Below, piece after piece: positions 16,841-26,638 of a stretch of 53,164 bases of DNA (position 1 is its first letter; the number at the start of each line of letters is the position of its first letter). The stretch is from a virus (Duplodnaviria > Caudoviricetes). The stretch is taken from IMG/VR virus record IMGVR_UViG_3300048582_000047, positions 1-53,164 of that record; one strand, given 5' to 3'. A program made the position numbers and the translations under genes. Below the pieces are notes generated by a model, which was not told the DNA's origin, did no database searches, and was given only the letters and a program-made list of their open reading frames with translations.

Positions 16841-17019
16841 TGCAAATCATTGCTTCATCGGTTCCAGTGGAACCCCCTAAGACTTATACACTGATTGTAA
16901 GTCAACAGGAACTGGACGTTATTGTAGCAGCACTGGCTAATCAAGGTGCCCAAACTCTAACGTCTGAACTTGTCAATTTTGCTACGATTGATCCCCAACA
17001 ACAAATCTTGAGCGTGTAA
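16840..17019 (+). CDS. PVEP-family paralog (59 aa)
   Basis: MQIIASSVPVEPPKTYTLIVSQQELDVIVAAL; TAATG coupling. Confidence 0.75.
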   Translation: MQIIASSVPVEPPKTYTLIVSQQELDVIVAALANQGAQTLTSELVNFATIDPQQQILSV

Positions 17020-17277
17020 ATGAGAGTTGAAGTCAGAGAAGTTAAGCCGGTAGAACCCCCGAAAGAGTTTGTTCTTACCCTGAACCAAGATGAGCTTGAT
17101 GTAATTGTGGCTGTTCTGGGTAAAACTGGGGGTTACGATGGTCCTAAAGGTTGGCGCAGTCTTATGAATACCATTTGGAATGAATTGCATCGTCATGCCA
17201 CTAAGCGGGTTATTTATTCTATCCTCAATTCGGATGGTAAGTTTCCAAACCGAGATAGGGTTGTCCCCGAAGTATGA
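17020..17277 (+). CDS. PVEP-family paralog (85 aa)
   Basis: KPVEPPKEFVLTLNQDELDVIVAVL. Confidence 0.8.
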   Translation: MRVEVREVKPVEPPKEFVLTLNQDELDVIVAVLGKTGGYDGPKGWRSLMNTIWNELHRHATKRVIYSILNSDGKFPNRDRVVPEV

Positions 17278-17933
17278 CTAAACTCAGCGCAAAACTAATC
17301 GCGCTGACACAACCGCTTATTGAGCTACGGGTTCCTAATACCGAGGGACTCGTAGCTTACTGCGCTAGGGTTAGCAATCCACAACACCAAGATAAGGAAC
17401 TAGGTTCTCTACTAGACTACTGCATCAGGAATAAACATTGGTCCGTTTTTGAAATGGCAAACGCTGTTGTAGAGGTAGAAGCCCCTCGTGACATTAGCCG
17501 TCAACTTCTTCGTCATCGGTCTTTTAGTTTCCAGGAATTTAGTCAGCGTTACTCTGATGAAATTGAATTTACTGATCGAGAGTTCCGTAGGCAAGATACC
17601 AAGAACCGGCAGAATAGCGTTGATGATCTACCAGAGGCTATATATAATGAAGCCCAAGGCATCGCTACTGTCAACAAGGAAACTGTTCAAGCGAACTATG
17701 AGTGGATGCGTAAGCAAGGTGTAGCAAAAGAGTGTGCTAGGGTAATCCTTCCCGAAGGTCTTACTATGTCCCGCCTATATGTGAATGGAAATTTGAGGTC
17801 ATGGCTCACCTACCTAGAAGTTCGGGATGACCCTGGCGTTACTCAGTGGGAACACGTCCTACTGGCGAGGAAAATCAGGGAGGCACTAGAACCAGCCTTT
17901 CCTAATGTATTGAAAAGAGCGTTGGATGACTAA
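17274..17933 (+). CDS. thyX: FAD-dependent thymidylate synthase
   Basis: HWSVFE, RQLLRHRSFSFQEFSQRY (RHRx7S). Confidence 0.97.
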   Translation: MTKLSAKLIALTQPLIELRVPNTEGLVAYCARVSNPQHQDKELGSLLDYCIRNKHWSVFEMANAVVEVEAPRDISRQLLRHRSFSFQEFSQRYSDEIEFTDREFRRQDTKNRQNSVDDLPEAIYNEAQGIATVNKETVQANYEWMRKQGVAKECARVILPEGLTMSRLYVNGNLRSWLTYLEVRDDPGVTQWEHVLLARKIREALEPAFPNVLKRALDD

Positions 17934-18642
17934 GTATATTCTTTTTGACGGAGACGTTTTGTGCTACCGATCAGCTTGGGCGGAACAGGAGTCCGAGACA
18001 GAAGAGGCTCTACTTAAGCTTGACGAGTTGATCGGTGATATTTTTGAGGAAGTAGACCCTTATGGCACAAAAAGCAACAGAAAGTTCTTCCTCACTGGAA
18101 AAGGTAACTTTCGTTATGACATTGCCAAAACCGCAGTCTACAAAGGAAACAGAAAAGACACAGAGAAACCAAAGCACCTTGAAGCACTCCGACAACACTT
18201 GATCTTCAAGTATGATGCTCTAGTCACTCAGAACTGTGAAGCAGACGATGCTATCGGTATTCATGCTAACTTTTACGGTTATGATCGTTCTGTGATTGTC
18301 TCTATCGACAAAGACTTTGAACAACTACCTACCACTATCTTTAACCCTAGCAAGTGGACTTGGAAGACAATTGACCCTTGGACTGCCACTAAGAACTTCT
18401 ACAAGCAAATCCTTATGGGTGATCGAGTAGACAACATTATTGGTCTCTATGGTATTGGCCCCGTGAAAGCGGAAAAGTTTCTAGAAGGTTGCGATAGTGA
18501 GAAAGCTTTGTATTGGGCTTGTGTTGAAGCTTACGGAGAAACTGATCTAGGTGATACTACGTCAGAAGAGCGAGTGCTAGAGAACGGTAGGTTGTTGTGG
18601 ATACAGAGGTTTAACGGTGAAATATGGCAACCCCCGGAGTAA
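17926..18642 (+). CDS. 5'-3' exonuclease (T7 gp6/FEN-like)
   Basis: FDGD, YKGNR, EADD, SIDKD, GDRVDNIIG..GIG. Confidence 0.93.
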   Translation: MTKYILFDGDVLCYRSAWAEQESETEEALLKLDELIGDIFEEVDPYGTKSNRKFFLTGKGNFRYDIAKTAVYKGNRKDTEKPKHLEALRQHLIFKYDALVTQNCEADDAIGIHANFYGYDRSVIVSIDKDFEQLPTTIFNPSKWTWKTIDPWTATKNFYKQILMGDRVDNIIGLYGIGPVKAEKFLEGCDSEKALYWACVEAYGETDLGDTTSEERVLENGRLLWIQRFNGEIWQPPE

Positions 18643-19004
18643 AACGTAACCCGACAAACATTAGTCGTAACAATAAGCAACGCGGTCGTTCAATGCAACA
18701 AGAGGTTAGGGAGGCTATCCTAACTAAGTTCCCCACGTTGCAACCTGATGACTGTAGATCAACTTCTTCCGGTGCCCAAGGTGAAGACGTTCAGTTGTCC
18801 CCCGCTGCCAGGAAACTACTACCAATCCAAATTGAGTGCAAAAGGGTTAAATCTGCCATTGGGATTTACAAGTGGTATGGGCAAGCCAAGGCACATGGGC
18901 CACACGAGCCTGTTGTCTTTATGCGGGCAGACCGTGAGATACCCCTTGTAATCCTGAGTGTAGATGCTTACTTAGAGTTATTGAAGAAAGCGAGTGAGAA
19001 ATGA
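18624..19004 (+). CDS. PD-(D/E)XK endonuclease / Holliday junction resolvase
   Basis: KQRGR..Q, GEDVQL, IECK, EPVVF. Confidence 0.8.
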   Translation: MATPGVKRNPTNISRNNKQRGRSMQQEVREAILTKFPTLQPDDCRSTSSGAQGEDVQLSPAARKLLPIQIECKRVKSAIGIYKWYGQAKAHGPHEPVVFMRADREIPLVILSVDAYLELLKKASEK

Positions 19005-19255
19005 AGATAGAAATCTTTACGGAACAAGATTCGTCATATTGTGAAACTTGTGGTTCTAATTACGACGAAGGTGGTTATGTTCTAGTTGATGAGATAGAGG
19101 TCTTTAGATACACCCCTGCGGCAGCTTGTTGGGGCAACGCTAATTATAGCGAGAGTGATCTTCTATTTAAAGCCCTCGAAGCTTTGGGTCACACTGTCAC
19201 CGTAGATGGTGAAACACCCTATGCTCTATATAAGCATAATGGTGGAGATAACTAA
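19001..19255 (+). CDS. Hypothetical protein with CxxC
   Basis: CETCG; ATGA coupling. Confidence 0.7.
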   Translation: MKIEIFTEQDSSYCETCGSNYDEGGYVLVDEIEVFRYTPAAACWGNANYSESDLLFKALEALGHTVTVDGETPYALYKHNGGDN

Positions 19256-19479
19256 TGAAGCCCCTTAAAGTATACCAAATTGTAGAGGGTCCAATTAGCA
19301 CCTATGATATTCCTATGTGGGACGAGCCTCACGGGTGGGTAGTTGTTGCCTTGGTTGAGCAAGAGAATGGTGCTTTGGAGGAAGAAGAGATTGTTCTAGA
19401 CACTTTCAACGAGGCTTATGATATTGTTAAGTGGTTCAAGGGGCAGATTATTCCTTATGAAGTGATTGGATACGCTTAA
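19255..19479 (+). CDS. Hypothetical acidic protein
   Basis: TAATG coupling, GGAG RBS. Confidence 0.7.
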   Translation: MKPLKVYQIVEGPISTYDIPMWDEPHGWVVVALVEQENGALEEEEIVLDTFNEAYDIVKWFKGQIIPYEVIGYA

Positions 19480-19715
19480 TGAAACTTACACCTAACGCTA
19501 TCGAAGACTTAGTTAAACGAGTCACTTATTTTTGGCATGGGACTTTAACCATCTGTGTCCTTGATTTGAAGAACGGTGCTCTTGTAGTGGGACAATCTAA
19601 TGTGCTTGATCCTGCAAACTACGACGCGGAAGTTGGGGAGGACGTAGCTTATAAAGACGCATTAGATAAAATCTGGCAACTAGAGGGTTATGCCCTTAAA
19701 ACTAGGGGTGCGTAG
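19479..19715 (+). CDS. Gp49/66-family, Tad1-like anti-defence sponge
   Basis: TICVL.LKNG..V.GQS..LDPANYD.EVG..A...A.DKIWQLEGY. Confidence 0.75.
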   Translation: MKLTPNAIEDLVKRVTYFWHGTLTICVLDLKNGALVVGQSNVLDPANYDAEVGEDVAYKDALDKIWQLEGYALKTRGA

Positions 19716-20491
19716 TGTCAGGTAAAACAACGATTGTCTATACATGCGCCCATGCCAAGCCCGAAGTATCTAATGAACGCTTCAACTGGCTTGGTGACTT
19801 GATCGAGGATATCAAACCAGACTATGTTGTAGATTTGGGGGATGGTGCTGATATGTCATCCCTTAACTCCTATGATACCAGATACCCTAAAGCAATTACT
19901 ACCCAGTCTTATGAAAGAGATATCGACAGTTACAACGATGCTCAATCTCGCTTGTGGGATCGCTATAGCCTCAAGAAGAAGCGTAGACCTTTCCGTATTG
20001 GGTTTGAGGGGAATCACGAGAACCGTATTAAGAAAGCGGTAGCCCTTGATCCACGGCTAGAGGGGGAAAAACGCGGTATCAGTTTCAAGCACCTTCAAAC
20101 AGATCATTGGTTTGACGAGTATCACCCTTACTACAACTCTGCACCAGCCATTGCTGATTATGATGGGGTAAGTTACGCTCACTACTTTAGTGCGGGAAAC
20201 TATGGAACGGCTATCTCTGGACTTCACCACGCTTACGCCTTGCTACAACACAGACACCACAGTTCAACTTGTGGCCACAGTCATAAGCGGGGCCTTTATT
20301 TTAGGGATAGTGCTTATCCTAAACCTATTATCGGACTTGTGGCAGGAAATTTCAAGGGAAAAGAGGAAGCTTGGGCAGGGCAGAGCAACAACGAGTGGTG
20401 GTCAGGAGTAATCATCAAACGTGAGATTGACAATGGGGTTTATGACCCAGAATTTGTATCAATGGATAGATTAAGGAAAGCTTATGGCTGA
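19715..20491 (+). CDS. Calcineurin-like metallophosphoesterase
   Basis: LGDGAD, EGNHE, AH, GHSH motifs. Confidence 0.88.
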   Translation: MSGKTTIVYTCAHAKPEVSNERFNWLGDLIEDIKPDYVVDLGDGADMSSLNSYDTRYPKAITTQSYERDIDSYNDAQSRLWDRYSLKKKRRPFRIGFEGNHENRIKKAVALDPRLEGEKRGISFKHLQTDHWFDEYHPYYNSAPAIADYDGVSYAHYFSAGNYGTAISGLHHAYALLQHRHHSSTCGHSHKRGLYFRDSAYPKPIIGLVAGNFKGKEEAWAGQSNNEWWSGVIIKREIDNGVYDPEFVSMDRLRKAYG

Positions 20492-21002
20492 CGTTTGGGT
20501 TATCTCAGACACTCACTTCTCACATGCAAATATCCTAAAGTTCACTGACAAAGATGGTAAACCTGTTCGCCCCTTCCAGTCGGTTGTGGATATGAATCAA
20601 ACGATGGTAGATAACTGGAATAGGGTTGTTAAACCGGGAGATAAAGTCTACCACCTTGGAGATGTGTTTTTTGGTGATAAAGAGAGGTTCAAAACGCTCT
20701 GGCCTAGGCTGATGGGGCGTAAAAGACTTGTCGTCGGTAATCACGATGATGTGAAGTTTCTGTCTGCGGGCAGCTTCTTTGAGAAAGTAATGCTCTGGCG
20801 TAAGTTTGACCACCTTCTCTTTACTCATGTCCCTGTTCATCCTTCCACCCTTAGAGAACATAGGTTCAGTGGAAAAGAGATGATTAACGTTCATGGTCAT
20901 ATCCATCAGAACAAGTCGCCTGACGGCCCATACAAGTGTGTCTGTGTTGAACAGATTAACTATACCCCTATTCACATTGAGGATTTGTTAAGTGGCAACT
21001 AG
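20484..21002 (+). CDS. Calcineurin-like metallophosphoesterase
   Basis: SDTH, LGD, GNHD, TH.P, HGHIH. Confidence 0.92.
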   Translation: MADVWVISDTHFSHANILKFTDKDGKPVRPFQSVVDMNQTMVDNWNRVVKPGDKVYHLGDVFFGDKERFKTLWPRLMGRKRLVVGNHDDVKFLSAGSFFEKVMLWRKFDHLLFTHVPVHPSTLREHRFSGKEMINVHGHIHQNKSPDGPYKCVCVEQINYTPIHIEDLLSGN

Positions 21003-21260
21003 ATTACAGTATGTCAAGTAGATTTTTATGCTGATGGAGGGTGACACTCATCACATAGACAACATGTATAAAGCTTTGCGGGAAGACGGTTACTGTGACG
21101 AAGAGGGTTTTCCAATCTATAGTGGAGAAGAGGTTGCTTAGTTGGCTTTATGAAGCTTCTTTATCGAAAGAGGAAAGGTTAGAGGGTTACTTTGGGGAGA
21201 TTAAAGAGTTACCCAAGAACCCTGATCATTGGCTAGGGACTAAATCACTAGAGGGTTACA

Positions 21261-21743
21261 ATGGGTAAGCGAGAAGAGACTAAGAAAGACCGTCATCCGC
21301 TAACTAAACACGGTCACAGAAAATCTAACAACGGTAAGCCGACAGTAGAATATCAGATTTGGTCGGGTATCCTCAAAAGGTGTAGAAACCTCAAGTGCAA
21401 TATCTACCAATACTACGGGGGTCGGGGTATTACTTTTGACCCTCGTTGGACAGAGTTCCAAAACTTTTTAGACGATGTTGGTTTCAAACCTACGGATAAA
21501 GATGGATTGGACCGTATAAACAACTCTCTAGGTTACTACAAAGAAAATGTTAAATGGGCCACTCAAGCTGAGCAAAACAGAAACAAAAGCAATAACATTT
21601 ATCTAGACGGCGTGTGTTTAAAAGATTGGTGTATGTCAAAGGGATTTAACTACAAAACTGTTTGGCGTTGGTTTGTTCTTGAAGGTAAGACAAAAGAGTA
21701 TCTACTAGAGAGGGGCGAAGTGCTATGGGGAAAAGGGAACTAG
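21261..21743 (+). CDS. Free-standing HNH homing endonuclease
   Basis: W..I.KRC, YGGRGI, LDRINN..GY..ENV.WAT...QNRN. Confidence 0.9.
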   Translation: MGKREETKKDRHPLTKHGHRKSNNGKPTVEYQIWSGILKRCRNLKCNIYQYYGGRGITFDPRWTEFQNFLDDVGFKPTDKDGLDRINNSLGYYKENVKWATQAEQNRNKSNNIYLDGVCLKDWCMSKGFNYKTVWRWFVLEGKTKEYLLERGEVLWGKGN

Positions 21744-22285
21744 TCAAGAGACCAAGGGTGGAAAGGGATTGGTATGGGACTAAAGACCCTGCGGCGGTAA
21801 CAGCCCTAGCACCCTTCCTATGGCCGTCAGAGGGGCGTCAGACACGCTATATTGAGCCTTGTGCTGGTGACGGTAGCTTGATTGATCTACTAGCCTCTAG
21901 TGGCCCTCCTGTGACGTGTGTAGCAGCATATGATATTGAACCTCAACGTGCTGACGTGGTGCAAAAGAATTGTCTGTTCTTGACTATGGATGATGTTGCT
22001 AGAGCAGATTGCTTTATTACTAACCCACCTTATGAGTGGAAAATGCTTCAACCTATCTTGGAGTATCTCCCCAGTCTTTTGCCCGCTTGGCTTCTGCTAC
22101 CTGCTGATATGATGCACAACAAACGGATGGGCGACTACATGTCTGTATGCTCTGATGTTGTATCTGTTGGTAGGCTTTGGTGGTTTGAGAATGAAGACGG
22201 TAAGAAAGTCAAAGGTGTTGATAACTACTGCTGGTATAAATTCGATCATGCCTACGAAGGCTTTACGAGATTCCACCCACGATGA
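21725..22285 (+). CDS. Amino (N6-A/N4-C) DNA methyltransferase
   Basis: EPCAGDG (motif I), then ITNPPY (motif IV). Confidence 0.88.
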   Translation: MGKRELVKRPRVERDWYGTKDPAAVTALAPFLWPSEGRQTRYIEPCAGDGSLIDLLASSGPPVTCVAAYDIEPQRADVVQKNCLFLTMDDVARADCFITNPPYEWKMLQPILEYLPSLLPAWLLLPADMMHNKRMGDYMSVCSDVVSVGRLWWFENEDGKKVKGVDNYCWYKFDHAYEGFTRFHPR

Positions 22286-22584
22286 CTAAAATGCGTATTC
22301 TAGAAGACAAGAGTCGTATGCTGTATGTCCAGGAACTTAAGTTTGGGTTGATCTGGTGGACAGTGTTCAAGACTTACAACGTGAAAGGTGCATTGGCTAT
22401 TGCTGGTGTTGGTAGGGAGTATAATGAGAAAACTGGTTATTGGGAATGAGTGACTACAACAAAGAGAAGATTGTAGATTTGATTGATACCTATGGCTTTG
22501 AGGAAATCCTACTGCGGTTCAATCTAACCCCGTGGAAGGTGCTAGAAATTCTAGATGAAAACGGTTACGTCTTTTTAGAGGTGT

Positions 22585-22962
22585 TTGATGAGGACTAAAA
22601 CTAACTATGAGAAAGTTCGAGAGTTCCATAAAGCTTTTGGCGTTGCTCTTGACGTAGACCCTAGTAAAAATGCTCGTGATCTTCAAAAGCTGCGTGGCAA
22701 GCTTATCACCGAAGAATACAATGAAGTTATGGGGGTAGAAGAGGGAGATTGGGAAAATGCTTTAAAAGAACTTACTGACCTTCTGTATGTAGTTTATGGG
22801 ACGGCTGCAACCTTTGGTTGGGATATCGACACGGCTTTTAACAGGGTTCATGCAAGCAACATGAGTAAGCTTGACGACAATGGAAAGCCTATCTATCGTG
22901 CAGATGGCAAAGTGCTTAAATCTAAGAACTATCAACCGCCAGATTTGAGTGACCTAGTGTGA
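22585..22962 (+). CDS. MazG-like NTP pyrophosphohydrolase
   Basis: VREFHKAF, LITEEYNE, KELTDLLYVVYG, VHASNMSK, DGKVLK. Confidence 0.9.
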   Translation: MMRTKTNYEKVREFHKAFGVALDVDPSKNARDLQKLRGKLITEEYNEVMGVEEGDWENALKELTDLLYVVYGTAATFGWDIDTAFNRVHASNMSKLDDNGKPIYRADGKVLKSKNYQPPDLSDLV

Positions 22963-23092
22963 CAGTAAGACAACTAATTGAACTGCTACAACAGCAACGG
23001 CCCACTAAGAAAGTGTATCTCTCTGGTGGGTCTGCACTAACTGAACTTAACAACAGCAATATCATTGATATGCCTTGGGGAATTACCTTTCG

Positions 23093-25033
23093 ATGAAAAC
23101 ACTACCAACCGACTATCAAGCTTTTATCCACACTTCAAGGTATGCTCGCTGGCTTGATACAGAGAAGCGCCGTGAGACTTGGGAAGAAACTGTAGAACGA
23201 TACATGACTAATGTGGTTCTTCCTAAATATGGACAGGCTACAGATTTTGATTATGTAGACTACGATGATATCCGAGAGGCAATTCTTAACTTAGATATTA
23301 TGCCGAGTATGCGGGCGCTAATGACGGCTGGTGCTGCACTTGATCGGGATAATACCTGTGCTTACAACTGTTCGTATCTTCCTGTAGATGACCCTCGCTC
23401 TTTTGATGAGGCTATGTTTATCCTGCTCTGCGGGACTGGTGTTGGTTTCTCTGTTGAACGCCAGTTTATTTCCCAACTACCTAGCGTCCCTAATGAAGTC
23501 TTCAAAGTAGAGGATACTATTGTTGTAGAGGATAGCAAAGAGGGTTGGGCAGATGCCTTGCGTCAACTGGTCGCTCACCTTTACAACGGTAAAATTCCTA
23601 ATTGGGACGTAAGTAAGGTTCGTAAAGCAGGGGCAAAACTTAAAACTTTTGGTGGACGTGCCTCTGGTCCTGGACCTTTGGTTGAACTCTTTAACTTCGC
23701 CATCAACACGTTTGTTAGTGCTAAGGGACGCCAGCTTAACAGCCTTGAGTGCCACGACCTTATGTGCAAGATCGGTGAGGTTGTAGTTGTTGGCGGTGTT
23801 CGTCGCTCTGCTATGATTAGTCTTTCTAATCTCTCTGACAACCGTATGCGCTATGCTAAGTCGGGCCAATGGTGGGAACAAAATGCTCACCGTGCTTTGT
23901 CTAACAACTCTGTGTCGTATACAGAGAAGCCTGATGAAGAAAGTTTTATGCGCGAGTGGCTTTCGTTGATGGAAAGCAAGTCTGGTGAGCGCGGTATCTT
24001 TAGTCGCGTAGCCTCACAAAAGCAAGCAGGTAAAAATGGGCGACGTAACCCTAACTTTGAGTTTGGAACAAATCCTTGCTCTGAAATCATTCTTCGACCC
24101 TACCAATTTTGCAATCTTACAGAGGTTGTTGTTAGAGCAGAAGATACGTTCGAGAGCCTCAAGCGGAAAGTCCGTCTTGCCACTATACTTGGCACTATCC
24201 AAGCAACCTACACGCACTTTCCATATCTGCGAGATATCTGGCGCACTAATACTGAGGAAGAAAGACTCCTTGGTGTAAGTCTTACTGGCATTATGGATAG
24301 TCAACTGTTGACAGAGTGGATTTCAGATGTAGAGGGGGGTGAATGGACCCTAGATGAAGTTCTCAGTGAACTTAAGTTTGTCGCGGTTGCCACTAATGAT
24401 GATTGGGCAGATAGGCTTGGTATTCCTCAGTCAGCAGCTATCACTTGTGTTAAACCCTCTGGAACTGTCAGTCAGTTGGTTGATAGTGCAAGTGGTATTC
24501 ATCCTCGCCATAGTGAGTATTATATCCGCACAGTCCGTGGTGACAATAAAGACCCCTTGACTAAGTTCATGGTTGCACAAGGTATTCCTGCTGAACCAGA
24601 TGTTATGAAACCTGCCACCACGACTGTCTTTAGTTTTCCTGTAAAGTCCCCTGACGGTGCAATTACTCGGACTAACCTTACTGCTATTGAGCAACTGGAA
24701 CTCTGGTTGACTTATCAGCGTTACTGGTGTGAGCATAAACCCTCTATTACTGTTAACGTTCGTGAGGGTGAGTGGATGGAAGTGGGGGCTTGGGTATATA
24801 AACACTTCGATGAAGTGTCTGGTATTTCGTTCCTGCCTTATTCGGATCACACTTATCAACAGGCACCCTACCAAGAGGTAGATAAGGAAACCTATGAGAA
24901 AGCTTTAGCACTTATGCCTGAGAAGATCGACTGGTCGCAACTGTCTGACTTTGAAAAGAAGGACAATACAGTGTCAAGCCAAACTTTTGCTTGCACTGGC
25001 GATGTGTGTGAAATTGTAGATGTAGGCGGGTGA
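23093..25033 (+). CDS. nrdJ: Class II (AdoCbl-dependent) ribonucleotide reductase
   Basis: RETWEETV.RY, YNCS, GTNPCSEI, TCVKPSGT, terminal ACTGDVC; no small subunit gene seen. Confidence 0.95.
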   Translation: MKTLPTDYQAFIHTSRYARWLDTEKRRETWEETVERYMTNVVLPKYGQATDFDYVDYDDIREAILNLDIMPSMRALMTAGAALDRDNTCAYNCSYLPVDDPRSFDEAMFILLCGTGVGFSVERQFISQLPSVPNEVFKVEDTIVVEDSKEGWADALRQLVAHLYNGKIPNWDVSKVRKAGAKLKTFGGRASGPGPLVELFNFAINTFVSAKGRQLNSLECHDLMCKIGEVVVVGGVRRSAMISLSNLSDNRMRYAKSGQWWEQNAHRALSNNSVSYTEKPDEESFMREWLSLMESKSGERGIFSRVASQKQAGKNGRRNPNFEFGTNPCSEIILRPYQFCNLTEVVVRAEDTFESLKRKVRLATILGTIQATYTHFPYLRDIWRTNTEEERLLGVSLTGIMDSQLLTEWISDVEGGEWTLDEVLSELKFVAVATNDDWADRLGIPQSAAITCVKPSGTVSQLVDSASGIHPRHSEYYIRTVRGDNKDPLTKFMVAQGIPAEPDVMKPATTTVFSFPVKSPDGAITRTNLTAIEQLELWLTYQRYWCEHKPSITVNVREGEWMEVGAWVYKHFDEVSGISFLPYSDHTYQQAPYQEVDKETYEKALALMPEKIDWSQLSDFEKKDNTVSSQTFACTGDVCEIVDVGG

Positions 25034-25036
25034 GTT

Positions 25037-25261
25037 ATGGTAAGCTTTAGTTATGCACTAAATTACTTGAAGCAAGGTAAAAAGGTATCTCGGGTTGGTT
25101 GGAATGGCAAAGGTATGTGGCTTAAACTACAAACACCGGACGCTTACTCCAAAATGACTTTGCCCTACATTTACATGAAAACTGTAGAGGGAAAATATGT
25201 GCCTTGGTTAGCAAGTCAAACAGATTTGTTAGCAGAAGATTGGAATGAGGTAACGGGTTGA
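25037..25261 (+). CDS. DUF2829 / Tad2-like anti-defence sponge
   Basis: F..AL..LK.GKKVSR.GWNGKGMW...PWLASQTDLLAEDW. Confidence 0.85.
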   Translation: MVSFSYALNYLKQGKKVSRVGWNGKGMWLKLQTPDAYSKMTLPYIYMKTVEGKYVPWLASQTDLLAEDWNEVTG

Positions 25262-25461
25262 TTAGTATTACAGACGCAGTTATCCTAGCAGGTCTTCTGG
25301 GTTTGCTAGGCTTCCTCTGGCACGAGAAATTCCGAATGGAAATGTTAGAGGAAGAGAATGATGAGTTGTGGGATCAGTTTGCTATGATGGTCCAGCATAT
25401 TACAGAAGTAGAAGACAAGATTGAAGGCAAAAGTAATGGCAACTCGGACTCCGAAGACTAA
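25258..25461 (+). CDS. Small membrane-anchored coiled-coil protein
   Basis: N-terminal hydrophobic helix; GAGG RBS. Confidence 0.6.
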   Translation: MISITDAVILAGLLGLLGFLWHEKFRMEMLEEENDELWDQFAMMVQHITEVEDKIEGKSNGNSDSED

Positions 25462-26116
25462 ACGGGCTACTACTCAACTCTTTGCTATGAATGAAAATCA
25501 AGACGATTACATCAAAGCTTTAGAGAAGAGCAATCAGGTTGTGGTTACTGGTTCCAGCGGCACGGGAAAAACCTATGTCGCTGCTACCTACGCTGCACAG
25601 ATGCTACAAGTGGGGTTGATTGATAAGATCATTCTCACTAGACCTAACGTATCTGTAGGGCGTGATCTGGGATACTTCCCCGGCACACTATTGGAGAAGA
25701 TTACCCCTTGGGCGCAACCCGTCCTAGAAGTTTTGTTCAAACACCTTGGCAAACAGGAGGTCGCTACCTATATCAAGGAAGGTGTGATCGAGATTGCCCC
25801 CTTGTCCACTATGCGAGGACGTAGTTTTGAGAAAGCTTTCATCCTACTGGATGAGGCACAGAACGCTACACCAGCGGAAATGAAAATGTTCCTTACTCGG
25901 ATTGGGGAAGACTGCAAACTGGTTGTTAACGGAGATATTCAACAGAACGATCTTCGTGGCAGTAGTTCTGGACTAGATCAGGTTGTGGATATGATTGATA
26001 GATACAAACTTGATATTCCGATCATTGAGTTTACTGTAGAGGATATCGTAAGGTCTAAAATCTGTAAACAGTGGATTATCTCTTACGACAAATATGAGAA
26101 AGGGCTTAGAGATTGA
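25436..26116 (+). CDS. phoH: PhoH-family ATPase
   Basis: GSSGTGKT, LGYFPG, MRGRSF, LDEAQN, GDIQQND. Confidence 0.95.
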   Translation: MATRTPKTKRATTQLFAMNENQDDYIKALEKSNQVVVTGSSGTGKTYVAATYAAQMLQVGLIDKIILTRPNVSVGRDLGYFPGTLLEKITPWAQPVLEVLFKHLGKQEVATYIKEGVIEIAPLSTMRGRSFEKAFILLDEAQNATPAEMKMFLTRIGEDCKLVVNGDIQQNDLRGSSSGLDQVVDMIDRYKLDIPIIEFTVEDIVRSKICKQWIISYDKYEKGLRD

Positions 26117-26397
26117 ACGATGAATATTGGGCGAAGGAAGCTATTACGGATATCAGAGACAAATACAGGAAGAAACCTGTAGAGGTTGATCCAGTTAACT
26201 CTCCACCGCACTATCAAGGGGGTATCGAGTGTATTGAATATATCCGTCAGGTTCTTGGGGAAGATGGTTTCCGTGCCTATTGCCTTGGCAATGTTATTAA
26301 GTATACTCATCGGCACGAATACAAAGGTAAACCCGTTGAGGATTTGAAGAAGGCACAATACTACCTCAACTCTGCTATTTCAACATTGGAGAAATGA
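26113..26397 (+). CDS. DUF3310 protein (T7 gp1.7-like nucleotide kinase family)
   Basis: VNSPPHY..GIECI, GNVIKY..R...K...EDLKKA.YYL. Confidence 0.88.
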   Translation: MNDEYWAKEAITDIRDKYRKKPVEVDPVNSPPHYQGGIECIEYIRQVLGEDGFRAYCLGNVIKYTHRHEYKGKPVEDLKKAQYYLNSAISTLEK

Positions 26398-26579
26398 TGT
26401 ATACCCTTGTAGCTTTGTTTTGTGAAATTGCCAACCCAACCGTTTGTGTTCCTGCAACACCACCTATTGTCTTCCCTACCTCAGAGTCGTGTTATGAGTT
26501 TGCTATTGCAGAGACACCAAAGATCAACTTGGAAGTAGTTACTTACGACTACCAATGTGTTGGTTGGGATAAGATTTAG
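26394..26579 (+). CDS. Small Cys-containing hypothetical protein
   Basis: 61 aa, ATGA overlap, GGAG RBS. Confidence 0.65.
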   Translation: MMYTLVALFCEIANPTVCVPATPPIVFPTSESCYEFAIAETPKINLEVVTYDYQCVGWDKI

Positions 26580-26584
26580 ATATG

Positions 26585-26638
26585 AAAAAACCCCCGTTAG
26601 AAACCTAGAGCATTGGGTTTCTAACGGGGGTTTTCTTT
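26585..26638. terminator. Bidirectional intrinsic terminator between the two convergent arms
   Basis: A-tract, CCCCCGTTAGAAACC / GGTTTCTAACGGGGG 15-bp stem, T-tract. Confidence 0.92.
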
